A stretch of DNA of 64,000 nucleotides from Octopus sinensis (Eukaryota): positions 84,072,001 to 84,136,000 of the forward strand of contig NC_043002.1 in the NCBI RefSeq assembly GCF_006345805.1. The letters are read 5' to 3'. This document shows positions 49,440 through 62,165 of this stretch, in pieces. The notes beneath the pieces were generated by a model that saw only the letters and a program-made list of their open reading frames with translations, was not told the origin of the DNA and did not search any database. Position 1 is the first letter of the stretch; every line of letters starts with the position of its first letter. Position numbers and translations under genes: made by a program.

Positions 49440-50520
49440 CTCATCATCATCATCATCATTTAACGTCCGCTTTCCATGCTAGCATGGGTTGGACAGTTCA
49501 ACTGGGGTCTGGGGAGCCCGAAGGCTGCACCAGGCCAGTCAGATCTGGCAGTGTTTCTACAGCTGGATGCCCTTCCTAACGCCAACCATTCCGAGAGTGT
49601 AGTGGGTGATTTTATGTGCCACCGACACAGGTGCCAGACGAGGCTGGCGAACGGCCACGCTCGGATGGTGTTTTTATGTGCCACCGACACAGGTGCCAGA
49701 CGAAGCTGGCGAACGGCCACGCTCGGATGGTGTTTTTATGTGCCACCGACACAGGTGCCAGACAAGGCTAGCAGACGACCACGCTCGGATGGTGTTTTTA
49801 TGTGCCACCGACACAGGTGCCAGACGAGGCTGGCGAACGGCCACGCTCGGATGGTGTTTTTATGTGCCACCGACACAGGTGCCAGACAAGGCTAGCAGAC
49901 GACCACGCTCGGATGGTGTTTTTTATGTGCCACCGACACAGAGCCAGATTAGGCAGGCGATCGGCCACGATTGGATGGTGATTGTTACGTGCCCACAGCA
50001 TGGAGGCCAGTCGGTGCGGTACTGGCTACGGCCACATTCGGATGGTTTTCTTGTGTGCCACCGGCACTGGTACCACAAAGATACAAATTCCATTGATGTT
50101 CATCTATTTTGATTTTGTTTGATTTTGATTTTCACTTGCCTCAACAGGTCTTCACAAGTGTCACAAGAAGGAAGGTATGCACAGGTGGACTGACTACGTC
50201 CCAGGTAGGGGCCACGGGTTATGGCCTGACTAGTCTTGCCGGGTCTTCTCACGCACAGCATACTTCCATAGGTCTCGGTCTCTAGTCATTTCCTTGGTGA
50301 GACCTAAAGTTCGTAGGTCATGCTTCACCACTTCGTTCCAGGTTTTCCTGGGTCTACCTCTTCCACAGGTTCCCTCAACTGCTAGGGTGTAGCACTTTTG
50401 CACACAACTATCTTCAGCCATTCTCGTCATATGACCATACCAGCGCAGCCGTCTCTCTTGCACACCACAACTGACGCTTCTTAGGTTCAACTTTTCTCTC
50501 AAGGTACTTACACTCTGACG
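49440..50520 (-). mobile_element. RTE LINE 3' kilobase with a 62-bp x ~8 array
   Basis: ORF end REKLNLRSVSCGVQERRLRWYGH..GRGRPRKTW..EKTRQD*, UTR, array 49610-50075, conserved tail, (GAT)n. Confidence 0.92.
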
Positions 50521-50534
50521 ATTATGAACACTGA

Positions 50535-50537
<3 letters not shown>

Positions 50538-50630
<93 letters not shown>
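50538..50630. repeat. (AT)n(AG)n microsatellite
   Basis: Direct reading; other long tracts at 8022-8082, 12833-12930, 31756-31915, 39778-39822, 55898-55960. Confidence 0.95.
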
Positions 50631-50633
<3 letters not shown>

Positions 50634-51078
50634 ATAGAAATGGTAAGACAACAAAAGAATGAAAGAGACCTCAATATTATGTAAATAGAGGAATTTATCT
50701 GTAAATATAATGTGACAATTATCCGGTAGCCATGATAAAACTCCGAGTTTTGGATGTCAGGACGGAAACCCACGCTGCCATCTGTCCTTGTCTTGTATAC
50801 ATTTGCTGCAAGGAATCTAATGCTCTTAGCTTATTTTCCCTTAGGGCTGGTCAGACGGGAGCAATCTCAAGTATAACCAGCCGAAATTGCAAAGATAATC
50901 TGGAACTCAACTGAGGATAGAAAACTCCGAATGATCCATCCTTGATTTCCTTGTATTGTCTGTCTGGATATTTTGTTTTCCTTTTTTTGGTCTGCCTAAC
51001 TGTCAGGAGGTTTTGCATTCTTGTCCCATTTTTGTATTTATGTATATATATAATACAAATAATATACAAATATATGCA

Positions 51079-51307
51079 TAGCACCAACTGATCGTGGCCG
51101 ATACCAGACTCCCCTGGCACCTGTGCCGGTGGCACGTAAAAAGCACCCACTACACTTGTGGAGTGTTTGGCGTTAGGAAGGGCATCCAGCTGTAGAAACA
51201 CTGTCAGATCAGACTGGAGCCTGGTGCAGCCCCTGGCTTCCCAGACCCCGGTCGAACCGTCCAACCCGTGCTAGCGTGGAAAATGGACGTTAAACGATGA
51301 TGATGAT
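51079..51307 (+). mobile_element. RTE-family 3' tail
   Basis: One to two array units plus conserved tail. Confidence 0.85.
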
Positions 51308-51705
51308 ACATACATATATGTACATACCTACATATATATTTATATATACATGCATAAATGGGTACAGGACATTAAAAAAACGTTGAACACAATGAGAAAC
51401 GAAAACATAAAACCAAAAACATAGAAATGAACATTTTTTTTCGAACAACGAAACACGTTTCAAAGGTATTCTGTCTGGTGTGCTAATTAATGATCCTGCC
51501 AGTTCGCAGACTTAAGCAGTCAATAATAATAATAGTGAAAAACTGCTACTACCTTTCAAGAATTGATTACATTATACATAGGAACAGCACAAGAAGACAG
51601 TAAAATGTATTTCTATATTTAACATGTAAACACACAAATACATCTACAATGAACCTAAGCTGAAGTAAAAAAGAAGTTCATTTTTAAGAAGAAAAAATAA
51701 CTTAC

Positions 51706-51742
51706 CATTCCTAAACCAACAATCATTGCAGTATTTTCAGTT
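51706..51742 (-). CDS. SCLY: SCLY 37-nt exon (TENTAMIVGLGM)
   Basis: atag| acceptor, ATG|gtaag donor; completes the GTEN motif in phase. Confidence 0.92.
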
Positions 51743-52523
51743 CTATAATCAAAGAAATATGAAATTGAGAAATAATCAAAGGATATTTGTGAATGAATGT
51801 GTGAGTGTGCATATTTGAGTGTGTGTATTCGAGTATGTGTATGGATTTGAGTATGTGTACGGGTTTGACTATGTGTGTGTATATATATATATTTGGGTAT
51901 TTGTGTGTGTGAGTGTGTATGTATATTTGAGTATGTGTGTATATTTGGCTATGTGTAATTTTTCTAGTCACTTTTTAATATGCTTTTCTAAGTTTATGTC
52001 TACCTCATGTAAATTCCTTTTCTCTGAGAATTACATGCATCTCGACAGTACAGCACTAGATTGTTATGGAAATCTTGAGTTGCTATGGCATCAAAATATT
52101 CCTCTTCTAAGCCAAACCAATATGACCCAGAGGTTAAAATAAAAAAAAAGACAGGATGACCAATTTGGGAAAACATTAGGTTAATAACTTAAAGTGATGA
52201 ACATAAACTAATTAGGCAAGTAGCTCAGGGCACAAACAATTCCCTGCTGTATCTGCTTGCAAAGGTTTCAAATATTAAACATAATAGAGACAACTAACTA
52301 ATCACAATTATTACACTATCACCGATCACTATTGCCGTCACCACCACCATCACCAAAAACCATGATACAACCACCAATCATCATCAATGGTGCTACCATT
52401 ATTGTAACATTGTATCATCAAATAAATTATTAAGAAGCTGAAATAAAGCAGTGTACTCTTTGGATCCCAAAGATTAAAACCTAGTAAAATAAAATATCAA
52501 GAATCTTGATAACAACTACTTAC

Positions 52524-52630
52524 CCAGGTCTATAACCATGCTCTTGGCATCCGCCTTTCAGAAGTGGATAAAGGTGTGCTCGAGTTCCTAAATCACGAGT
52601 GAATACAGCACCAATTCGGGGTCCATAAAA
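52524..52630 (-). CDS. SCLY: SCLY exon (FYGPRIGAVFTRDLGTRAHLYPLLKGGCQEHGYRPG)
   Basis: ttag| acceptor, GG|gtaag donor, 107 nt; FYGPRIGA and GGxQE..YRPG motifs. Confidence 0.95.
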
Positions 52631-53755
52631 CTAAGGTTTGCAAAGAAACACACAAAAGAAAAGGTGATAACAAAAGCATATATAGTAAATGAGGAAAACA
52701 GACAACAACCATTTAATTCTGATCAGGTTGAATGGCTATATTCAAGTTCACTTGGTCCCAATCTAATCCAAATATATGCTAAGTGTCTTTTGCTGTCATA
52801 TCAGGGTGATCCATACCCAGCCTGGTAGAGGGGAAACTGTCAAAGAGACTGTACCTGTATTTCAAAAAGTGTCACACATAGCGTCATGCAGATTCTGCCA
52901 GAGGATTATATTAAGGATATACAAATGTCTGTGGAATACTCAGCCACTTACATTATAATCCATTGAGAAAGCAGTTCCGTTGATCTGAGAACTGGAATGC
53001 TTATTGTGAAAATAAACAGGGAGTTTACTTTGTGCACACATTGTATAAAGATAGTTTATACAGAAAGAAAATTAAATAAATGTTCATCTGTTCATTATAT
53101 CTGTTTTTCTAAGCCAGCATAGGTTAGATGGGTACTTATTTGAGGCAGTATTTTTACTGCCACAAACCTTTTCCTGCTTTACAAGTTAGAGATATTTTAT
53201 TCCACTGTTTTGATGGTACAGAGCTACTGGATGTTAATATTCACCAGGCATGTAAACATGATGACATGGTTTTAAAAAAGTTTTTCTCTCAGACAACCTC
53301 ATGTGAGAAGTAGAAATGACAACTTTCACTCACACACACACACATATTATGGACTTCCATACACTTTCCAATTTCATTCACAAGACATTAGTTGACATGA
53401 GACAACAGCAGGAGACACTTGCCCAAGATGCCACTGAATAGCCTTGAACCTAAGCTCACATGGTTGTAAAGAGAACTTCTGAACCATGCTGCCATGCCTG
53501 AACCTCGCCATAGGACTGCATTCTCATTTGACTCCTGAACTTTTCTTTCTTCCTTTGTTTTTTTATTCCCTTCTTTCTACCACTTTACCCCTTTTTCTGA
53601 TGAAGGATTTGCACCCGAAACATTAATGACCTTTTCCCTTCAAGTATTATACAAATAATACTTTTGTGAAAAATTATCTCTCTTGTATTTTTTTCTTATT
53701 TTTGCTCATCCATCATATACATATATAAATATATCTGAAGGAAAAAAATGCTTAC

Positions 53756-53914
53756 CTTGTGCCCAACAATAGTCATGTAGTCAACATCCATCTCCTTAAC
53801 ATTGGTTTCAACTTTGCCCAAAATCTGAGCAGCATCTGTATGAATCAGAATTCGTTGAGTTTCACCATGTTCCCTTTCAACAGCTCGAACAGATTCGCAT
53901 ATCTTTGCGATAGG
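53756..53914 (-). CDS. SCLY: SCLY exon (PIAKICESV...HTDAAQILGK...DVDYMTIVGHK)
   Basis: atag| acceptor, AAG|gtaag donor, 159 nt; HTDAAQ and PLP-binding Lys in TIVGHK. Confidence 0.95.
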
Positions 53915-54017
53915 CTATAATAAACAAAGTTTTTGAGAGGTGATTTAATACTATTAAATAGTATTTGAAGAAGATGTAAAGTTTTTTAAGAAGTAATCTG
54001 ATATTGTCCACACTAAC

Positions 54018-54145
54018 CTGTATAATGCCTGTAATGTTATTGGCAGACATAACAGAAACCATAATAGTGTTAGGGCGTATTTTCTTGACTATATCCTCAG
54101 GTTCGACGCAGCCAGTTTGACGCGAGGCAGCAACGATGGTAACTT
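54018..54145 (-). CDS. SCLY: SCLY exon (EVTIVAASRQTGCVEPEDIVKKIRPNTIMVSVMSANNITGIIQ)
   Basis: tgcag| acceptor, CAG|gttag donor, 128 nt. Confidence 0.93.
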
Positions 54146-54357
54146 CTGCAAGAAATACAGAACAGTACTTTATTATTTGAACAGTGGCCAATAAAATAAA
54201 ATGGAAGGATTGTAAAAACATTCTATTAAATAAATGACAGAAAGGGGAGAAAAATGACTAAAATCTTCAGAAGAAAAATAGCGAGTTAGAACAGACATTT
54301 TTAAACAAGGCCTCTAAAAATCTCTTGAAAGGAAAGGAAAATGTGTATGAACACGTG

Positions 54358-54641
54358 TTAACATCAATGGAATTTGTAGTTGTGGTACCAGTGCCGATGG
54401 CACATAAGAGAACCATCCGAACGTGGCTGTAGGCCAGCACCGCATCGACTGGCCTCCAAGCTGGTGGCACGTAACAAACACCATCTGATCGTGGCCGTTG
54501 CCAGCCTTGTCTGGCACATAAAAAGCATCCACTACACTCACGGAGTGGTTGGTGTTAGGAAGGGCATCCAGCTGTAGAAACACTGAACCGTCCAACCCAT
54601 GCTAGCATGGAAAGCGGACGTTAAACGATGATGATGATGAT
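54358..54641 (+). mobile_element. RTE-family 3' UTR copy with internal tail deletion
   Basis: Three array units; tail jumps from agaaacactg to aaccgtcc. Confidence 0.85.
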
Positions 54642-54978
54642 GCACATGCCGTGTGTGGCCTAGTGATCAGGGTGTTGGACTCATAACCATAAGGTAGATT
54701 ACATTGTCTAATATGTCCTTTTCTTTCTTATTGCAGTAGGATTTGGTTTGAAGGAAATTTGGTAACTGCTTTTAGCTCAGTATCTGTTTGTATATCTACA
54801 TGCGTGTTTATGCATGCTTGGATGTATAGTGTTTGTGCAAATAATGTAGACTTAAATAAATACAATGAAAGAGGAGAGAGAGGGACAAAATGGGAAGGAA
54901 AGATTGAGAGGGTACTAGTGAAAGAAAAGAAGTTTATATAGTTAAAAAAAGACCAAAGATATTGAGAAAGACAGCTAC

Positions 54979-55150
54979 CTGCAGTGTTGGTTTTCACAAA
55001 ATGCTCAAGGACTTCTTTCACTGAATCATGTTCCAGGTTGGAGGTGATGAAGTGTGGTAGGATCGGTTTATCATTGTAGATCTCAGACATATCAGGAAGG
55101 CAATGCTCATTGAAGTATCTGACAGCAGTCTGCAAAATCATGTTGTTTGC
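54979..55150 (-). CDS. SCLY: SCLY exon (ANNMILQ...PHFITSNLEHDSVKEVLEHFVKTNTA)
   Basis: ccag| acceptor, G|gtagc donor, 172 nt; EHDS motif has Asp where NFS1 has Lys, the selenium-specificity residue of SCL (human Asp146). Confidence 0.93.
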
Positions 55151-55890
55151 CTGGAGGGAAAAAAAAAAAAAATAATAAGTATACGTCATCATTGTTATCA
55201 TCCTAATCACCATCATCATTATTATTATCATCATCATTACTTAATGCCCACATTCTACACTGACAAGGGCTGAACCATGAGTTGTATCCTGGAGGTGCTG
55301 CAATACCAGGCCAACCTGCAGAGCAGATGGAGCAAGCCCCTAACTCTTTGCCTAGTTCTACAAATCAGTTTAATATTGATGGCCCCCAACAAAGGACTGC
55401 ATCAGATATTAAGCTGGTCAGAAAAGATACTACACTTTGATTTTAACAAAGGCAGAAACTGAAAAAAGTTAATTGTGTATATGTATGTGTATATAAATGC
55501 ACAGATACATACACACACACACACACCACACACACACACACAAATAACCCTTTCAACTACAGGTACAAAGCCTGAAATTTTAGGGAAAGGGGCCAACAGA
55601 TTATATTAATTCCAGTGCTTCACTGGTACTTATATCATCAATCCTGAAAGGATGAAAGGCAAAATCAACCTCAGCAGAATTTGAACTCAGAATGTAAAGA
55701 TAGACAAGTGCCACTAAGCACTTTGTCTGGCATGCTAATGATTCTGCCAGCTTGCCACCTCACACACACAAATAATAAAAGAAGTTAGTATTATCCATTT
55801 CATATCATATATCATAAGATTGGATGTGTGTGCTTGTTCAGAAACTCAAAAAAGAAAAGAAAGAAAGAATGTAAAGAATATATGGAAATA

Positions 55891-55964
<74 letters not shown>

Positions 55965-58176
55965 GGGCAAGAGAGGGCATAGATGCTTCGGCACACAATA
56001 CTCATATATGTATACACATAGATCAGTGGTAACTCTGGCTGTTCAGACTTAGCCTGAGTATAAATTTAGTAAAGTGAATGTGTATTTGCAAGCTGATGTA
56101 ATTTCTGCCAATGCTGACTTCAAGTACATAATTGCAGCTAATAACTCAGGCTCCTTTTATTGAGCCTCGTTGAGGTTCATTTATTTTCGTTCAGTGTCTG
56201 GCAGTCATCTTAGAAGTGCCCTGTGTCAAAAAATACCATTCATAGCACACGTTCTCTCGACATTGTTCACACGCGCCTGACTTGGGCTCAGAAATTACAG
56301 CCTAAGTTGTTATCTATAATCGTAAAAGTTAAAAGTAATTCAAATTCAATGTTTTCTTGAAACAACAAATTTCTATAGAGATTAGGATTTAAATTCCAAT
56401 CTATGAAAAGTTTCTGTTCTACAATATTCTTAAAGGAACAAAAGATCATCCAGCAACTCAGGCTAATACGAACAAGCCTGGCAGGTGTAAAAGACTAACT
56501 GACATCTCTTGTAAAGAGTACGGGCAACAGTCAGAACAATGATGTTTGTTGTGCACACTGCTGTTGTTATTTAATTGCTGTTATTGTGAGTATCTGTGTG
56601 TAAAGATCAGTTGTGTTTTGCAGGGTTGCTTTATTTTTATCCTTAACTTAGAAATAGAGAAAGACATAGTGCTAGATATAAGAAATAAGCCATTTGGGGC
56701 TAGAAACATGAAATTCTGTGATGAGCCTGAGTGATGCTGATGACTTGGCGTAGCCTCTGACATAGATATAGGTAGCAGCATCTGTCCCTTTTTTCTTCCA
56801 TCTCTCTCCATGGCAATATCTATCCCTTCCCTATCTCTCAGAGGAAGGACAGGACAGGTGGTGTAAAGAGCAGGCAACACATCACATGATTAAGAAACAA
56901 CAGATGAACAACAATGCTATTTAGTTTGCCTGTTGTAAATTTAACAAAAATCATTGTCAGTCAATTATTCACAGATCCCACACATCTAGTGTGTGTGTGT
57001 GTGTACTAGAATGTGACAACCCACAAAACAGAGAACTTTTTTTTTATAATTGCTTTAACCCTTTTATTACAGGAATCATATATAACCACTCAAAATTTCA
57101 TTATTGCAGAAAGCAGTTGTCATGTTTGAAACTAATTTTTTTGAGGCAACATGACTTGTAGAAAATACCTATTCTATATTTTGGCAGATATTTAACATCA
57201 TAACTGAAATAACTGTGAAATTTAATTTCACAGTTAAAAGGCTTAATAAGAGAATGGTATAATAAACAATGAAAATAACAGCAACTTTTTTTCATGTTTG
57301 CATGAATGTAATTCAAGGCATTGTTTCATACCTGGATATCCTTCATAACCTTTACCTGTTGTTTCAAGTAAGGAATTCCTTATTCCACAGAGCTCTGAAG
57401 GTATAAAGTGACCAGACGATTTGCTGATTGGAGAAACTGACAATAACATCACTCACCACAGAGTACAAGCAATTGCAGATACCGACAAATATGCATACAA
57501 ACACACACACAAACAAATGATGGTCTTCTTTCAATTTTCATTTATCAAATCCACATGTGAGGCTTTGATCAGCTTCTGGGTAATAGGAGACACTTGACCA
57601 AGATGCCATACACTGGAACCGAATCTAAAACTACATGGTTGGAAAGCTAACTTCTAAACCACACAGCCATGCCCTCCCTCCACTCTTTCTGACAGTGTGT
57701 ATCTTTGTATGTATTCATATATTATTAGTAAATAAACCACTGATTTCAAATAAAAATACCGTGTGTGACATTTGTTTTGCCAGAGTTACACAAACAATCT
57801 CTTGTCACTGTCACTATCAGAAACGCAATAAAATCAGTCGTCTGTTACAAACTGTAACCAATGGCATCACCATTCATTAACTTTGATAAAAAAACAATAA
57901 ATAGAATGTTTCTATAGTAAGAACCTATTAAAAACTTACTGTATTTGACTGCATATAAGAGGTACTCCTCTCCACACACAAACACAAAAAAAAATGTCTC
58001 AAAATGTCACTTCAGTCTGAATCTCCCATAAGCTTTAATGCCCTAAAAACATTGTTTTTTCTAAAATACATGCTCTTCAAACTGGGATGCATCTTTTATG
58101 CCAGCAAATATGGTAATTAAATAATAAATATTAGTTTATGTGAAAAAACGAATTAATCAAAGAATTGGTGAATTAC

Positions 58177-58205
58177 CTCAGTTCCTCCTGAAGTGAAGAC
58201 AATAT
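58177..58205 (-). CDS. SCLY: SCLY 29-nt micro-exon (DIVFTSGGTE)
   Basis: tgcag| acceptor, GAG|gtaat donor; supplies the conserved FTSGGTE motif in the required phase. Confidence 0.9.
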
Positions 58206-60142
58206 CTGCAAAAAACAAAGAAAAGTGAAATATTTAACAAATTATAATCATTACTGAAAATATTGAAGGAAAGGAGTGTAATTAGTGATTAAAAAAGAAA
58301 AATTTAGCATGATTTCGCAAACTTTGTGTTTGACTGGTAGACTGTTGATTGGGCCCTGTAGGATGACAAATAGAGTTGACCATGATAGAATTTTAACCGT
58401 AAAGGGATCTAACTAAATATAAGTAACTTCCTATTGCAATCAGACATTTCTGTTACTTAATTACCCTCCAGAAAGGTGTATCTTTTTTTTTGTCTTTTAT
58501 GTTTTACTTGTTTCAGTCATTTGATTGCGGCCTTGTTGGGACAGCACCTTAAAGGATTTTAGTTAAACAGGTTCACCCTCAGTCCTTCTTTTTTTTTTTT
58601 GTTTTTACTTTTAAAATCTAGCACTCATTCTGAACTGCTAAGTTATGTGGGCATAAACAAACCAAAACCAGTTGTCAAGTGGTGCAGAGGACAAACACAA
58701 ACATACACACATACATATGTATGATGGGCTTTCACAGTTTCCATTTTCCAAATTTATTTGCAAAGCATTGGTCAGCCTGGGGCTATAGTAGAAGACATTT
58801 GCCCAAGTAATATTAGTTCCTTAAGTGGTGAATTGGCAATCACTTGGAGCATCGGATAAAATGTCAAGCAGTATTTGTTCCAACTCTCTGCACTTGAAGT
58901 TCAAATCCTGCTGAGGCCAACTTTGCCTTTCATTCTTTCAGGGTTGATAAAAATATAGGGAAGCAGGGCAGTGGATTAGCAGAACTGTTAAGGGTGTTAG
59001 AGAAAGGATGCTGTGTAGCATCTTTTCTGGCTCTTAGTGCTCTGACAGCAATAACTTATGATGACATTGACATCAAGCTGTATCAACCATGCCTTTCCTT
59101 TAAACATTACCAGTGACACGGACAAGGCTGACATGCATGGACAGGTAACTGTTTGTCATCCACAACAACCTTGCATCTTGCCTATGCCTGCACTTCATAG
59201 AGACACTTTCCCCTAAATGCAGAAAACCCATGGTCAGCTATGCTTGAAGGAGACCCTAGTAGACATTAGTTCTTAGCTCGCATTTGCAATGGTAAAGGTC
59301 ACCTGTTTCTTTCATAGGGTAAGTTTTTGTAGCAGAACCTGAATCAAGAAACTCAACGGTTTTCTTACTAAAATTGGCATGAGAATGGTATTAAGCCTTT
59401 ATACAATGATCAGGTTGATCTTATAAGCAAACTATGTTTCTGCAAGGAAAACTGTGATGATCCTTGCAAGAGTATATCAGTTTATTGGCATAATGACCAA
59501 CCTAAGATACTACATCACTTTATATGACATTGATGATATATATCATTATTATTAAACTCCCGTGTTGGTGTGGTCTTTTTGTTAACTTGCTAGTTCCGAT
59601 TAAGGAACAGAGATAAATGTTATGTTTACCAAGACTAGTCTAAGCTTAATAATTGTATTTGCACACTCCATCTCAATCATTTGATCTACATATTCTCTGT
59701 CAAAATTAATCTGACATCTCCCAAACCATCACTACTGCCTTCTGAGAAGAATTTATATCATTGTTCTTTGCCTGTGAGAAGTCTGATTGAGGCTCCACTC
59801 CATCTTACTTGTTGCACACAGCACATATCTCCATATCTCCATTCTCCCAAGCCTTACCATTCCTCTATATTGACTGTGACTGATCTAAGATTGTGGACTG
59901 GATGGGAAGATTGAGTGGGTGGCATCAGAAAAGAAGGTTTACAGAAATGTCTGCCTGAAGGCAGAGGGCTCTTTCACATGGTCCAATTAATTACACAAGT
60001 ATTACTGTTCAAAGAATTACTATATCCACCAGATCCTGAAATCCTCAGTGAGTGGAGAAGCTACTCAGAGACCTAGCAACTCTTTGCATAATTAAGTAAA
60101 ATTTCAGAGGCAGAAGACTGTTGAAATGTCAGAGATACTTAC

Positions 60143-60214
60143 CTTTAGGAGAAGAACCAATCATATCAGCAACCTGTTCTCTTGCATCTTCAATGACCTC
60201 ATGGGAAGTGTTAA
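60143..60214 (-). CDS. SCLY: SCLY exon (VNTSHEVIEDAREQVADMIGSSPK)
   Basis: ttctag| acceptor, G|gtaag donor, 72 nt, phase 1-1; AR..VA.MIG NifS-family motif. Confidence 0.9.
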
Positions 60215-60539
60215 CTAGAAACAGGAAATAGAAAAAATGTTGTTAAAATTATATTGCATATGTATAGGACTTTCCTTCAAATTTAAGTAACTGTAACAAA
60301 TCAAATTTTGAATTAGCATCAAAGAATGATTTTTTTTTTCTTTATATTTTCAATGGTTTGGAACTGTGCCAGTGTTGTTCACACATTCTCCAGACTGAAG
60401 AGATTGATGTGGTTGATGTTCATGACAGCTGTAATAAAAATATGGCCAAGGAAGAAATTCTTGACGATTGACATTCTGAGCAGTAAAGACTGGGAAAGTA
60501 GAGCATAACTTGGAAGATGGACACAATATGGCTGCTGAA

Positions 60540-61620
60540 AGAAGGAAAGATAAATGAACTGGGCAGGCCTAAGTTACCTGAGATCAACTAAGTTTGAGAG
60601 TCTGGGATAGGAGTGTGTTGGTGAACAACTTCAAGCTAATAGGTCAGGAGACTGTTTTTTGTGTATTTTTTTTTTGGAAGGTATGCGATTAATCTAGGCT
60701 GTCTGTGTATGATGCAGCAGCACAATCCCAAGTGTGGGAGCACTATTACATTGAGGGGCTCACCTGACCTTTGGCTCTGAAAAAGGTCAGTTTTTGTGAT
60801 GTAGTAGTCACTGTTATGCTGAAAGGAACACCAAGAGAGAACCTCAGACTGGGAAGCCTAGCATTTGTACATGAATAACTTTGTATGAATACAGGGAGAC
60901 AAATGCACACAAACACAATGCTGTTATTGGATGTGAGGGCAAATAGGCTATTGATGTACAGGAGGAAAAATGTGGGCAAAATAAAGTTGATATAATGTGG
61001 GTCAGAGTGAATTCTGTCAGCACATACCACAAAGATGTGGTATGAAAGGAAGCCTCTAACCCAGGAAGCAAGAGATAGATGAAGTCCATAAAAAAGTAGT
61101 TTAGCTAAATGATTCACATGCCAAACACAGTTGAATACTTTGCTGATGACAAACACAGTATCATTGATTTAACAAAATTTGCAAACATTTGTTGTTTTAC
61201 AGAATTTTCTCTTTCTCAAAGTGGATCACCAGTAATCTGGCTTTACAGAGGCTGTACTGGTGATCATTAATAAGAGAGGGAGTAGAGTTATTAGAGAATA
61301 TGATATGTATAAGGTGATGAGCTGCTAAAGTGAAAGGGGATAGCTTCAGAGGTAATATAGAACTAGTGTGTGAAATGTGGAGTTAGATGCAAAGCTGACA
61401 ACCAATGCAGAGTCTTTCTCTACAAGAGTGCTGCTTATGGGGGCCACAAGAGTTGTTAAGTGGATGGAAAGAAGATTCCACAAAGTTGGTAGAGATTCTT
61501 TTAACAAGGGACCAAAACAATTGGCTGTAGTTTGGGGAGAGTGGTAGAGCTTGCAAGCTATGCTATACACAGTGATATCATTTGAGTTTCAGATGATGGT
61601 CTTTCTAGATTTACAATGGT
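60540..61620 (-). mobile_element. Degraded CR1/L2-type reverse-transcriptase fragment
   Basis: ISKVFNCVWH..LAKL..YGL...PTFFLLYINSL resembles D.SKAFD.VWH...P.LFLLYINDL. Confidence 0.65.
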
Positions 61621-61819
61621 GTGTAAAAACATCTAGTTTATAAAGAGGTCAGTGACTATTTCTAAGTTCTGAAGGTGTTATGTGTGACCAGCTTAAAGGA
61701 ATTGAGGCTATGAGTTTTGATTGTGAATGAGATGTGGAAGTTCATGTCTAAGGAGATGGTTTTAGTCACTTGCTAAGCTGTCTCTGATGAAAAAACATAT
61801 AAACACATAATATTATGGT

Positions 61820-62165
61820 GATCTACTCGAAAAACGCTGCCGCCATGGTGATCTCATTCTCACTCACAACATCATAAGCGGAAAGTGTAACCTCTCGAAA
61901 GAGCTGTTCTTCACTCCTGCTCCAGAGTGTGGGCTGTGGGGGTCACTCCAAAAAGCTCTATCTACGACGATTTCGTCTCAATCAAAGGAGAGGGGCTTTC
62001 TCCGTCTGGGTTGCAGATCCGTGGAATAAGCTGCCGGACGAGATAGTGAAGATGCCAATGACCGCTCGGTTCAAAGTCTCTCTTGACCAGAAATGGTCTG
62101 AACTCTTTGTATGACCACCATCCCTGTACCCCTATATGGCCTTGCTTTTGCTTTTTGAGCCAATA
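61820..62165 (+). mobile_element. CR1-type LINE 3' end
   Basis: LEKRCRHGDLI...GHSKKLYL...FSVWVADPWNKLP, one frameshift. Confidence 0.8.

Noticed and set aside
49610-50075. CRISPR-like appearance of the 62-bp arrays
   Set aside because: Units repeat over their whole length with no unique spacers, there are no cas genes, and the array is embedded in an RTE 3' UTR.
50640-51060. Repeat-like block with partial hammerhead resemblance (CTGAGGA..CTCC-GAAT)
   Set aside because: GAAA and the stems are not intact; it cannot be supported from this copy alone.
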